Source: Longimicrobiales bacterium
GTDB lineage: Bacteria > Gemmatimonadota > Gemmatimonadetes > Longimicrobiales > Gaopeijiaceae
DNA length: 64,000 nucleotides
Assembly (NCBI GenBank): GCA_965218295.1
Contig: CBDCKN010000003.1
Location: forward strand, 448,001 to 512,000
Direction: 5' to 3'
Shown here piece by piece: positions 9,957 to 19,509 of the stretch. Every line of letters starts with the position of its first letter. Positions within the stretch are counted from its first letter, which is position 1. Made by a program: the position numbers and the translations under genes. Under the pieces are notes generated by a model. That model ran no database searches. It had not been told where the DNA came from and saw nothing but the letters and a program-made list of their open reading frames with translations.

Positions 9957-11542
9957 CGCCGCCGATCCCCGAGGATCTTCAAGGCGGCAAGCCTGCCGGA
10001 CGCGCCCGTGATGCCCCCGCCGGGATGCGTGCCCGACCCACACTGGTAGTAGCTCCTGACGGGCGTGGTGAAGTCGGCCCATCCCGCCGCGGGACGCAGG
10101 CAGAAGAGCTGATGGAGGGTCAGCTCCCCATGGAAGATGTTGCCCTCGGTCAGGCCCATCTCGCGGTCGATGTCCCGTGGGGTCAGCACCTGTCGATGCA
10201 GGATCGCCCCAGGGAGGTTTGGCGCGTACTGGGCCAGCGTGTCGACGACGGCGTCCCCGAACGCCTCACGCTTGGTCTCGTCCCAGCCTCCGTCCAGATC
10301 GGACGGAGCGTACTGGACGAAGATGGACATGACGTGCTTCCCGGGAGGGGCCATGCCCGGATCGATCATGGAGGGCAGGATGATGTCCATATAGGGCCGC
10401 CTCGAGAACCCTCCGTACTTGGCATCGTCGTACGCCCGCTCCAGGTAATCGACGCTGGGGCTGATGGAGATGGCGCCGCGCAGGTGGGGGCCCACGCCGG
10501 GGAGGCACGTGAAGTCGGGGAGCTCGCTCAGGGACAGGTTCACCTTGCCCGAAGACCCCCGGATCTTGAAGCGCCGGATGGCGTCGACGAAGTCGTCGGG
10601 AAGATCCTTGGGCTCGACCATCTGGAGGAACGTCCGCTTGGGATCCAGGGCCGAGACCACGATGGGCGCTCGGATCTCGTCCCCGTTCTCGAGGGCCACA
10701 CCCACCGCCTCGCCGTTCTTGACGATGACCTGCGCGACGCCGGCCTCTGTGCGGATGTCGGAGCCGAAGCGCCTCGCGGCCCCTGCGATCGACTCGCTTA
10801 CGCCGCCGGTCCCGCCCCGGGCGAACCCCCACGCGCGCATGGCGCCGTCGATCTCGCCCAAGTAGTGGTGCAACAGGACGTACGCCGTGCCGGGGGATCG
10901 GGGGCCGAGGAACGTGCCGATGATCCCGCTGGCCGACATGGTGGCCTTCAAGGGCTCCGTCTCGAACCACTCGTCGAGGTAGTCGGCGGAGCTCATGGTC
11001 ATGAGCTTGAAGAGGGCGTGGAACTGCTCCTCCCCCAATCCACGGAGATGCTTGGCCAGCCGGGCGAACCCGAGGAGGTCCTTGGGACTCAAGGACGTCG
11101 GGTCGGGCGGCACCATGGCCAGGATCGGCTTCGCCGCCACCGCGAGCTGGTACATGAGCTTGCCGAAGTCGTCGTACGCGTCGGCGTCCCGGGGCGAGTG
11201 CCGGTAGAGCTCTCGGCGCGTTTGATCGTGGTCCGCCCAGCGTACCAGATGGTCGCCATCCGGAAGCGGCGTGAACGTGCTCTCGAGCGGGAGGATCTCT
11301 AGGCCGTGGCGCGGCAGGTCCAGATCCCGGATGATCTCCGGGCGGAGCAGGCTCACCACGTAGGAGCACACGCAGTACTTGAAGCCCGGGTAGATCTCCT
11401 CCGTAACCGCAGCGCCCCCGAGCACGTGCCGCTTCTCCAGCACCACGACGCGCTTGCCGGCCCGGGCCAGGTACGCGGCGTTGACGAGGCCATTGTGGCC
11501 CCCGCCGATGACGATGGCGTCGTAGCGGTGGTCGGCGGTCAC
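9953..11542 (-). CDS. FAD-dependent oxidoreductase, phytoene dehydrogenase/PYROXD2-like
   Basis: GTG 11542 overlaps the upstream stop; GGGHNGLVNAAYL, YLERAYDDAKYG, GNIFHGEL, CGSGTHPGGGITG. Confidence 0.9.
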   Translation of the reverse strand: MTADHRYDAIVIGGGHNGLVNAAYLARAGKRVVVLEKRHVLGGAAVTEEIYPGFKYCVCSYVVSLLRPEIIRDLDLPRHGLEILPLESTFTPLPDGDHLVRWADHDQTRRELYRHSPRDADAYDDFGKLMYQLAVAAKPILAMVPPDPTSLSPKDLLGFARLAKHLRGLGEEQFHALFKLMTMSSADYLDEWFETEPLKATMSASGIIGTFLGPRSPGTAYVLLHHYLGEIDGAMRAWGFARGGTGGVSESIAGAARRFGSDIRTEAGVAQVIVKNGEAVGVALENGDEIRAPIVVSALDPKRTFLQMVEPKDLPDDFVDAIRRFKIRGSSGKVNLSLSELPDFTCLPGVGPHLRGAISISPSVDYLERAYDDAKYGGFSRRPYMDIILPSMIDPGMAPPGKHVMSIFVQYAPSDLDGGWDETKREAFGDAVVDTLAQYAPNLPGAILHRQVLTPRDIDREMGLTEGNIFHGELTLHQLFCLRPAAGWADFTTPVRSYYQCGSGTHPGGGITGASGRLAALKILGDRRR

Positions 11543-12732
11543 TTCGTAGCCCTCTTTCGCTCGGGGTTGAAGAAGGGCGTCTCGACGACTTGGGCCCTGG
11601 CGTTCCGTCGCTGGTGCTCCACGGTGACCTCCATGTGAACGTCGGTTCCGGGGCGAGAGTGGCTGGCGTGGAGGTGGGCCAGGGCGATGTACTTCTTGAG
11701 GATGGGCGACCAGCATCCGCTGGTGGCGTATCCGACCTGCTTGCCCTGGCTGTACACCGACAGGCTGGTCCGCCAGGCCACGGACGGCAGCTGAGGGGGC
11801 AGCCCGACCTTGGCGTAAACTTCCTTCAGTGATTCCCAGCTCACCTCGAGACCCCGGAGCTCCCACTCCGGCCCGCGGCGCTTTTCGTCGGCCAGTGCGC
11901 TCCGGCCCACGAAGGCTTCTTTGTCCAGCTTCACGGTCCAACCGAGACCGAGCTCGTAGGGCGAGGACTTCCAATCTTCGATGATGGCCCGGTGCGCCGG
12001 CACGTAGTCCACACCGATGAGGAGGAGCCCGGCCTCGATCCGAGCCACGTCCAGGGCCAGGATCCCGGCCGGCGTGAGCCCGTAGGGCCCTCCTGCGTCC
12101 ATCAGGGCATCCCAGAGGCGGGGGGCGTCGGGAGCGTCCACCCAGATCTCGTATCCCAGATCCCCGGTGTAGCCCGTCCGCGTGACGGTGACAGGAACAT
12201 CCCTTACCCGTGCCGTGGTGAGCCGGAAGAACCCCAGCCCGTCCACGGCCCCGTCGGAGGCGCTTCCAAGAATGGCCCGGGCGTTGGGCCCCTGGAGGGA
12301 GAGGGCGGCGAGTGAATCGGAGACGTCCGTGACCTCCACACCCAGGCCCAAGGCGTTGTCCAGGAGCCAACGCAGATTCGGTTCGGCGGCCGTGAGCCGG
12401 AAGGTGTCGTCTTCCAGGCGGGACAGCGTGCCGTCGTCCATGACCTTCCCGGCCTCGTCGCACCAGGGCGTGTAGAGCACCTGGCCGTGCACGCACTTGG
12501 ACACGTCACGCGTCACCACCCGGTCGAGGAAGCGCACGGCATCGCGGCCCCGAATCTCGTACTTGAAGAGGGGCGACACGTCGAACAGGGCAGCCGAGCT
12601 CCGGATGGCGTAGTACTCGCGATCGTGTGTGAGCTCGTATGATCCGGCGGTTACGTATCCGGCCCACCGGCGCCAGTTCTGGGCCTGGCAGAGGGGAGCC
12701 GTTCTGGAATGGAGGGGGGTGGTCCTCAGCAT
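11539..12732 (-). CDS. Aminomethyltransferase family protein (GcvT-like, folate-binding)
   Basis: FDVSPL, DDGT, QGP, RTGYTGDLGYEIW, ARIEAG, TPFFNP. Confidence 0.9.
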   Translation of the reverse strand: MLRTTPLHSRTAPLCQAQNWRRWAGYVTAGSYELTHDREYYAIRSSAALFDVSPLFKYEIRGRDAVRFLDRVVTRDVSKCVHGQVLYTPWCDEAGKVMDDGTLSRLEDDTFRLTAAEPNLRWLLDNALGLGVEVTDVSDSLAALSLQGPNARAILGSASDGAVDGLGFFRLTTARVRDVPVTVTRTGYTGDLGYEIWVDAPDAPRLWDALMDAGGPYGLTPAGILALDVARIEAGLLLIGVDYVPAHRAIIEDWKSSPYELGLGWTVKLDKEAFVGRSALADEKRRGPEWELRGLEVSWESLKEVYAKVGLPPQLPSVAWRTSLSVYSQGKQVGYATSGCWSPILKKYIALAHLHASHSRPGTDVHMEVTVEHQRRNARAQVVETPFFNPERKRATK

Positions 12733-12825
12733 GCCGATCCGAGGTGTGGGCGTCGGGGCGCTTGCCGTGGCGGGATCTTACCGGAGGACGGACAGGGGGG
12801 CAATCGGAGATCACCCCAGCCGGTA

Positions 12826-12854
12826 TTGACCGCTGGTTTCTCCAGTGGTATTAC
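12826..12854 (+). promoter_or_regulatory. Possible sigma70 promoter upstream of the IS insertion site
   Basis: TTGACC-N17-TATTAC, with TGG immediately before the -10. Confidence 0.35.
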
Positions 12855-12893
12855 CACCGGCGGCGAGGTCTTGGACCTTCACACGAGGAGGCT

Positions 12894-14271
12894 GAGCTAG
12901 GATCAAAGGGTGTGTAAAAAGAGAGGCGACGTACCTTTCCGCTGAGTAATAACCAGCGAACTCCGGGTGACAGCCCGGGGGAAAGGAACGACGCCTCGTG
13001 AGGAAGAATACGGTGGGACCCGAGGGTGAGTCCAGGACGCCCGTGTGGGAAGTTCTGGAAGAAGTGGTTCGGGAGAAGGCGCAGGAGTTCATTCAACAGA
13101 TCTTGGAGGAGGAAGTCACGGAGTTGCTAGGGCGAGAGAAGTCAGAGCGCAGGAGGGTGGTGGACGCGACCGAGGGCTACCGCAACGGATACGGCAAGCC
13201 GAGGCGGCTGGCGATGAGCTCGGGCACGATCACACTCCGACGCCCTCGAGTTCGAGGCCTTGAGGAGCGGTTCGAGAGCCGCGTGCTGCCGTTGTTCGCG
13301 AGGCGGACGAAGGAGCTGGGCGCTCTGCTTCCGGAGCTGTATCTGCACGGACTGGCGGAGGGAGACTTCGAGTTGGCGATGCGGGGCCTGCTGGGCGAGG
13401 GGGCACCGCTGTCGAAGTCTTCGATTCGGCGGCTGCGGGCGGGATGGACGGCGGAGTTCGAGGAATGGAGCCAGCGTCGCCTGGAGGGTCGTGAGGTCGT
13501 CTACGTGTGGGCGGACGGGATCTATGTGAAGGCAGGGCTGGAGCGGGACAAAGCGGCGCTGCTGGTGGTGCTGGGTGCCATGCGAGACGGGACGAAAGAG
13601 GTGTTGGCCCTGAGAGCGGGCTACCGAGAGTCGGTCGAGTCCTGGTCCGAGGTGTTGCGGGACCTGAAGGCACGCGGCATCGAGGCGCCCCGGCTTCTGA
13701 TGGCGGACGGTAACGCTGCGATCTGGGGCGCAGTACGGCAGGTATGGCCTGAGGCGGGTGAGCAACGGTGCTGGAACCACAAGATGAGGAACGTGCTGGA
13801 CCGACTACCTCAGCGGGAGCAGGGCGAGGCGAAGGATCTTCTCCGGGCCGTGGTCTACGCACCGAGCCGGGCCGAGGCCCTGAAGGCCCGCGAGGTGTTC
13901 GCCCGACGCTATAGGCCGTGGTATCCGAAAGCAGTGGACGTACTCGAGGACGACTGGGAGCGGATGGTAGCGTTCTACGACTTCCCCGAGGACCACTGGA
14001 AGCATCTACGCACGACGAACGTGGTCGAGAGCCCGTTCGCCGCGGTACGGCTCAGGACGACAGCAGCGAAGCGGTTCAAGCGGGTCGAGAGCGCTACGGC
14101 GCTAATCTGGAAGTTGCTCTTGGTGGCTGAGAAGCGGTTCCGAAGGCTCGACGCTCCTCACCTCCTCAAGGACGTATTTGAAGGAAGAAAGTTCGAAGAC
14201 GGAAAGCCCGTCTCACACCAACAGCGGAAGAACGCCGCCTAATACGTTTACACACCTATTGACCCAACCTC
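12894..14271 (+). mobile_element. Complete IS256-family insertion sequence, 1378 bp
   Basis: Imperfect 25-bp terminal IRs: GAGCTAGGATCAAAGGGTGTGTAAA versus reverse complement GAGGTTGGGTCAATAGGTGTGTAAA (20/25). 8-bp target duplication AGGAGGCT at 12886-12893 and 14272-14279. Confidence 0.93.
12998..14242 (+). CDS. IS256 family (Mutator-type) DDE transposase
   Basis: YRNGYG, YVWADG, MADG, QRCWNHK, LRTTNVVES. Confidence 0.95.
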   Translation: MRKNTVGPEGESRTPVWEVLEEVVREKAQEFIQQILEEEVTELLGREKSERRRVVDATEGYRNGYGKPRRLAMSSGTITLRRPRVRGLEERFESRVLPLFARRTKELGALLPELYLHGLAEGDFELAMRGLLGEGAPLSKSSIRRLRAGWTAEFEEWSQRRLEGREVVYVWADGIYVKAGLERDKAALLVVLGAMRDGTKEVLALRAGYRESVESWSEVLRDLKARGIEAPRLLMADGNAAIWGAVRQVWPEAGEQRCWNHKMRNVLDRLPQREQGEAKDLLRAVVYAPSRAEALKAREVFARRYRPWYPKAVDVLEDDWERMVAFYDFPEDHWKHLRTTNVVESPFAAVRLRTTAAKRFKRVESATALIWKLLLVAEKRFRRLDAPHLLKDVFEGRKFEDGKPVSHQQRKNAA

Positions 14272-14281
14272 AGGAGGCTTT

Positions 14282-14837
14282 ATGAAACACGCTCTTGGTG
14301 GATGCGTTATGGCGCTCATTACGTTGGCCTTGATCGTCGCCTGCGAGGGCGATGTCGGACCCGTAGGACCAGCGGGAGCAGCGGGATCGGCGGGACCGGC
14401 GGGACCGGCGGGACAGGCGGGGCAGCCGGGAATCGAGAGCTTCACCTCGGCAACTGGCTGGTACGAATGAGGTGCCCCCTGTCACGAGCATCGCAGCCGG
14501 CACCGCCAGCATCTCCGTCGTCGGGCCACTCCTCGTGTATAGAATCGATGTCACGGACATCACAGACGCGACGGGGGCCCATATTCACGGCCCGGCCGCC
14601 GCGGGGGTCAATGCGGGTATCCTTGTGGACCTCTGTGGTAGGGGCGTCGCTCCAGCGTGCGCAACCGGCACGGTTAACGGAGTCCTCGTGAGTGGCACGG
14701 CGGGGGCGGTGTCGGGCATGTCGTTCGAGGACCTGCTGGTTTTGTTCCGGAACGGGACCACCTACGTCAACGTTCACACGACCGTAAACCCCGGAGGCGA
14801 ACTCCGAGGGCAGGTCACGACGCTCGTGATGCAGTAG
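14282..14837 (+). CDS. Lipoprotein with a short collagen-like repeat and a CHRD domain (1-nt frameshift ~14453)
   Basis: Lipobox LIVAC; Gly-X-Y run GDVGPVGPAGAAGSAGPAGPAGQAGQPG. Removing one A restores FTSALAGTNEVPPV...GAHIHGPA...YVNVHT..NPGGELRGQ (CHRD). Confidence 0.82.
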
Positions 14838-14980
14838 ACTCCCCGGGCTGGACCTCTGTACGTCGATGAATGAGCGGCGAGCGAGGTGTCGGCGGCATGG
14901 TCGAGCAGCAACTCTCGGGGGCGGGGGCGATGGCGGCGGAGTGACGGCCTCACAAGCCATCGAGCAGCTTCCTCGGCGCC

Positions 14981-15155
14981 CAGATCAAGTCACTCCACGA
15001 GCTCGGCTTCCTGGAGCGTAAGGAGAACGTCATCTTCCTCGGCCCTCCGGGCGTCGGGAAGACCCATCTGGCTATCAGTCTCGCTATCGCCGCCGCGCAG
15101 GGTGGCCGCCGCGAGGCTCCTCACCTCCCCCGAAGTGTGACATTTTCAACCGCCA
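14981..15155 (+). mobile_element. istB: IS21-family remnant: istB fragment plus end-like sequence
   Basis: Translates QIKSLHELGFLERKENVIFLGPPGVGKTHLAISLAIAAAQGGRR (IstB Walker A region) with no start or C-terminus; followed by GTGTGACATTTTCAACCGCCA, which resembles an IS21 end. Confidence 0.75.
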
Positions 15156-15210
15156 CATCCATGTTAGACGAGCACATCGCTCACCCCATTCCAGCCATGG
15201 AGCACACTCG

Positions 15211-17856
15211 ATGAGAACGCCGCACAGAGCCCCGTTCGCTCCGCTCTTCTGCGCAGGGCTCCTGGCCTGTGCAGGGGATGCCACTCCGCCTGACGCCGGG
15301 GGGCGCTCCAGCGTGTTGGACACCCCACCGCCCGCACGGGTCGCGGGCTACGAGTGGGCGCGCCACGGCGGCAACTACATGTACAACTTCTACCTCCCCC
15401 CCACCCCTAGCTCCACGCCTTGGGCTCCCGCCTGGTCCCCCGACGGTGAGGCCATCGCCGTGGGCATGAGCGGATCCATCTGGTCGGTGGACATCGAGTC
15501 TGGCGTGGACACCGAGCCGGGCGTAGCCACCGAGCTCACGCGAGGCCCCGGGTACCACTCCTCGCCGGCGTGGTCACCCGACGGACGGTGGATCGTCTAC
15601 ACGGCGGACAACGGCGCGTCGGCCGGTGACCGCGCCCGCACGATCCAGCTGGAGGTCCTGGACCTGGAGTCGGGCGAGACCCATGCCCTCACCGACGATG
15701 AGTTCGTTTACGCAGACCCGGCATTCTCGCCGGACGGGACTCGGCTGGCCCACGTCTCTACCCGGCCGAACGGCTACTTCAACGTCCACGTACGTCCCAT
15801 CGAGGACGGGCAGTGGAGTGGGAACGCGGTGGCGGTAACGTCGGACAACGACTTCGGACGCTCCCGCCTCTACTTCGGCTCCATGGACATGCACCTCTCG
15901 CCGACGTGGATGCCGAACGGTGATGAGCTCCTCCTGGTCTCCAATCGGGACGTGGCACTGGGGTCGGGCAACGTGATCCGGGTACCGGCCGAGGCGGGCG
16001 GCATCGAGCGCCGCCGTACCGTCCTCGCCGAGCAGACCCTCTACCGGGCTCGGCCCGACGTGTCCCTGGACGGCAAACGGTTCGTGTACTCGTCGACGTC
16101 CGGCTCGGCGGACCAGTACAACAACCTCTACGTGCAGCCCACCGTGGGCGGCCAGCCGTACAAGCTCACCTTCTTTCAGCACGACGCCTTCCAGCCGCGC
16201 TGGTCGCCCGACGGCGAGTGGATCGCCTTCATATCCAACGAGGACGGGCTACCCCAGCTCGAGCTGCTGGAAACGTACGGTGGGGCTCGCCGCCGAATCG
16301 ACATCACCAAGCGGCGCTGGAAGGAGCCCATGGGCACGCTCCAGGTGACGGTCCGAGCCGAGGGCGTCTCTGGGCCCACCGCGGCGCGCGTAACCCTGAT
16401 AGCGGCCGACGGGAAGGTCTGGGCGCCCCATGACGCCTACGCGCGCATCGGCAGGGAGAGCGGCGGCTTCCCCGCCTTCCACATCACAGGGAGCTTCTCC
16501 CTGGAGCTCCCCCCGGGCCCGGCGGATCTCACGGTCATGAAAGGCTTCGAGCTCTACCCGGACCGGCGGCTGGTCGAGATCCAAGCCGGTGAGGTGACCC
16601 AGGTGGACGTCACCCTCCGGCGTTTGGCCGACTTCTCGGCGGAGGGCTGGCACAACGGATCCACCCACCTCCACATGAACTACGGCGGGAATCTCCACAA
16701 CACGTTGGAGAACATGATGATGATGTCCGACGCCGAGGATCAGGACGTCGTCAACGAGCTGGTCGCCAACAAAGACAATCGGATTCTGGATCACCAGTTC
16801 TTCGTCCCCGGGGGCGGGGCCCACCCGCTCTCCACCCCGGGGCGCGTCCTGGTGGTGGGACAGGAGTATCGGCCGCCCTTCTACGGCCACGTCTTCATGC
16901 TGGGCCTGGAGGATCACCTCATCTCGCCCTTCACGACGGGCTACGAGGGTACGGCCATCGAGAGCCTCTACCCCTCGAACACGGACATGCTCAGGAAGGC
17001 CAAGCTCCAGGGTGCCACCACGGGATACGTGCATGCCTTCCCCGGGGATGGAGATCCCTTGGAGGGCGAGCTGGGCGGGGGCAAGGGTTTCATCGTGGAC
17101 GCTGTCCTGGAGGCCCTGGACGCCTTAGAGTGGTCCACCGCGGGCCGAGCCGGCTTCTATCCCCTGTACGCGGTCTGGAACAACGACCTCAGGATCACGG
17201 CAGTGGGGGGCGAGGACGCCATCAGCAACCTCCACTGGACGCCTCTAGTGGGTGCAACGCGGACCTACGTTCGCACACCGGACGGCGAGCGCACCATGGA
17301 AGGCTGGTTCCAGGGGCTCCGCGACGGCCGTGCCTTCGTCACGAACGGGCCACTCGTCGAGCTCACAGTGAACGACAGCATTCCCGGCTCCGAGATCGAG
17401 CTGCCCGCCGGAGCCACGAGCGTCGCGGTCTGGGCGCGGGTCCGCTCCATCACACCCCTCACGCGGGTATGGCTCGTCCACAACGGTCGCGATGTTCAGG
17501 AGATCACGCTGTCCGAGGATCGTACGCGCGCCGAGTTCCAGGGCGAGGTCGCGATCGGCGGCAGCGGCTGGATCCACCTGAGAGCGGAGGGAGTACCTGA
17601 AGAGCACTACCCCCTCGACGCCCGCTTCGCCCAGGCGTTCACCAACCCGGTGTGGTTCACGGTGGACGGGGCACCCATCCGGGATGCAGCGTCGGCGGAG
17701 TACGGGATCCGGTGGATCGAGAAGCTCACGGCCATGGCGGAAGCATGGCCCGGCTGGCGCTCCGAGCACGAGTGGCGTGAGGTCCGGTACCAGTTCCTGC
17801 AGGCGGGTGGGGTATACGAGCGGCTGAAGGCCGAGGCGGGAGGCTCGACGCGGTGA
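15211..17856 (+). CDS. Lipoprotein with TolB/PD40 propeller repeats and a CehA/McbA-like PHP metallohydrolase domain
   Basis: LLAC lipobox; repeated PAWSPDG; GSTHLHMN, GQEYRPPFYGH, YVH, GRAFVTNGP, AFTNPVW. Confidence 0.8.
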   Translation: MRTPHRAPFAPLFCAGLLACAGDATPPDAGGRSSVLDTPPPARVAGYEWARHGGNYMYNFYLPPTPSSTPWAPAWSPDGEAIAVGMSGSIWSVDIESGVDTEPGVATELTRGPGYHSSPAWSPDGRWIVYTADNGASAGDRARTIQLEVLDLESGETHALTDDEFVYADPAFSPDGTRLAHVSTRPNGYFNVHVRPIEDGQWSGNAVAVTSDNDFGRSRLYFGSMDMHLSPTWMPNGDELLLVSNRDVALGSGNVIRVPAEAGGIERRRTVLAEQTLYRARPDVSLDGKRFVYSSTSGSADQYNNLYVQPTVGGQPYKLTFFQHDAFQPRWSPDGEWIAFISNEDGLPQLELLETYGGARRRIDITKRRWKEPMGTLQVTVRAEGVSGPTAARVTLIAADGKVWAPHDAYARIGRESGGFPAFHITGSFSLELPPGPADLTVMKGFELYPDRRLVEIQAGEVTQVDVTLRRLADFSAEGWHNGSTHLHMNYGGNLHNTLENMMMMSDAEDQDVVNELVANKDNRILDHQFFVPGGGAHPLSTPGRVLVVGQEYRPPFYGHVFMLGLEDHLISPFTTGYEGTAIESLYPSNTDMLRKAKLQGATTGYVHAFPGDGDPLEGELGGGKGFIVDAVLEALDALEWSTAGRAGFYPLYAVWNNDLRITAVGGEDAISNLHWTPLVGATRTYVRTPDGERTMEGWFQGLRDGRAFVTNGPLVELTVNDSIPGSEIELPAGATSVAVWARVRSITPLTRVWLVHNGRDVQEITLSEDRTRAEFQGEVAIGGSGWIHLRAEGVPEEHYPLDARFAQAFTNPVWFTVDGAPIRDAASAEYGIRWIEKLTAMAEAWPGWRSEHEWREVRYQFLQAGGVYERLKAEAGGSTR

Positions 17857-18749
17857 GGACGGCTCTGATCCTGGGTGGGCTCGGCCTGGCCGGGTTGGGA
17901 GGGAGCTGGGTTGGCGGCCTGGAAGGCCAGACCCCGGCATCGGAGCAGCCCGCGCAGGCGAGCGCCCTCGCCCGATACTCGCTCGACCAGGATCATCGCG
18001 TGCAGTGGAGGCTGCCCAATCGGCTGCGGGAGATCTCGGGCCTCGCAGTAGCCTCGACGGATCGCGTGTTCACCCACAACGACGAAAGGGCGGTCATCTA
18101 CGAGATCGACGTCCGGGAGCAGCGTATCGCAAAGAGGTTCGCCCTGGGCGACCCGCCGGTCCGGAACGACTTCGAGGGCTTGTTCGTCCTCGAGGACCGG
18201 TTCTTCCTCGTGACGAGCGACGGTGTGCTCTTCGAGAGCCTCGAGGGCGACGACGGCGAGCGACTCGACTACAACATGTATGTGACCGGGGCCGGTCGCC
18301 TCTGCGAGGTGGAGGGTCTCGCTGCTAACGTGGCGCGCACTCACCTTCTCCTGGCCTGCAAGACTCCCAGAACCCGCGAGCTGCGACCGTGGGTTACCCT
18401 GCTGCCCTGGTCCATCGAGGAGCGCCGGCTGGAGCCGGACCGGATGATCCGGTTCCCCCTGGACGCGTTCACGGAGGAGGTGAAGGGCAACGAGTTCAGT
18501 CCCTCCGGCCTGTCTCAGGTTCTGGGGAGCGATCACTTCTTCCTGGTCGCCGCCGCGCAGAACGCGATTTCGGAAATCTCGCTGGACGGACGCTTCTGGG
18601 GGATCGCGTCACTCGACAGAGGGCGGCACCAACAAACGGAGGGGGTCGCCTTCCTGTCCGACGGCACCCTGGTCCTGGCCGACGAGGGGAGCGGGCGCGG
18701 TGGCCGGCTGACCTTCTACCGCATCGACACCGGCACTCCCGGGAACTGA
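17853..18749 (+). CDS. Exported SdiA-regulated/YjiK-like beta-propeller protein
   Basis: Signal peptide; REISGL, HNDE, DFEGL, EVEGL, PSGL, QTEGVAF, DEG repeats. Confidence 0.65.
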   Translation: MRTALILGGLGLAGLGGSWVGGLEGQTPASEQPAQASALARYSLDQDHRVQWRLPNRLREISGLAVASTDRVFTHNDERAVIYEIDVREQRIAKRFALGDPPVRNDFEGLFVLEDRFFLVTSDGVLFESLEGDDGERLDYNMYVTGAGRLCEVEGLAANVARTHLLLACKTPRTRELRPWVTLLPWSIEERRLEPDRMIRFPLDAFTEEVKGNEFSPSGLSQVLGSDHFFLVAAAQNAISEISLDGRFWGIASLDRGRHQQTEGVAFLSDGTLVLADEGSGRGGRLTFYRIDTGTPGN

Positions 18750-18784
18750 CGGTCCACGGGCCGCTGGCTCCCTCGGCGTGTTAA

Positions 18785-18944
18785 TGTTCCGTTGCCGAAG
18801 TTCGCGAGCCACCAAGAGGGTCGGGGCGCCGTGGGATCAAGGCGGGACGACGCGGCGTAGCGCAAGCTACGGTAAGGAGTCCCAACGCCGGGCCCACGGA
18901 TGCACCGTGCCCTCGACTGGCCGAGACACTTTGGTAACGGGACA
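18785..18944. mobile_element. MITE-like element, long copy (160 bp)
   Basis: Terminal IRs TGTTCCGTTGCCGAAGT...ACTTTGGTAACGGGACA flanked by TTAA/TTAG; near-identical shorter copy at 25833-25922. Confidence 0.75.
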
Positions 18945-18987
18945 TTAGATTCCCCCTTCCGGAATCCACAGCACCAAGAGGACATAC

Positions 18988-19488
18988 ATGGCCAAGAAGA
19001 GCTCCTTTGACGTCTCCACCGGAGTCGACCTTCAGGAAGTGGACAACGCGGTGAACCAGGCGCGGAAAGAGATCGCTACCCGGTACGACTTCAAGGGCAC
19101 CGACTGCACGGTTGAATTCGACCGGGGGGCGGGCGTGGTCAAGCTCGAGGGCGACGACGCGTACCGGCTCACGGCGGTTCTGCAGGTCCTCCGGGAGAAG
19201 CTCGCCCGCAGGAACGTCCCCTTGAAGAACCTCGATCAGGGCAAGGTCGAGATCGCCTCCCTCGGTCGGGCGCGCCAGACCATCGGGCTCAAGCAGGGCA
19301 TCGACCAGGAGACCGGCAAGAAGATGGTGAAGACAATCAAGGACCACGGCTTCAAGAAGGTCCAAGTCCAGATCCAGGGGGATGAGCTACGGGTCACGAG
19401 CCCCTCGAAGGACGAGCTCCAGTCCGTCATGGCCTTCCTAAGAGGCGAGGACTGGGGGGTGGAGCTCAAGTTCGGGAACTATCGGTAG
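18988..19488 (+). CDS. yajQ: YajQ family cyclic di-GMP-binding protein
   Basis: SFDV, QEVDNAVNQARKEIATRYDFKG, QIQGDELRV, FGNYR. Confidence 0.95.
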   Translation: MAKKSSFDVSTGVDLQEVDNAVNQARKEIATRYDFKGTDCTVEFDRGAGVVKLEGDDAYRLTAVLQVLREKLARRNVPLKNLDQGKVEIASLGRARQTIGLKQGIDQETGKKMVKTIKDHGFKKVQVQIQGDELRVTSPSKDELQSVMAFLRGEDWGVELKFGNYR

Positions 19489-19509
19489 GACGCTTCGTCT
19501 GCTTCATTC

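Noticed and set aside
8365..11542. Carotenoid biosynthesis (crtI)
   Set aside because: No crtB/crtE nearby; motifs and the GcvT-like partner fit PYROXD2-like oxidoreductases better.
9953..12496. 847-aa ORF and 27218-30013 931-aa ORF as giant fusions
   Set aside because: Their N-terminal parts are out-of-frame overlaps with the upstream genes; real starts are at 11542 and 27944.
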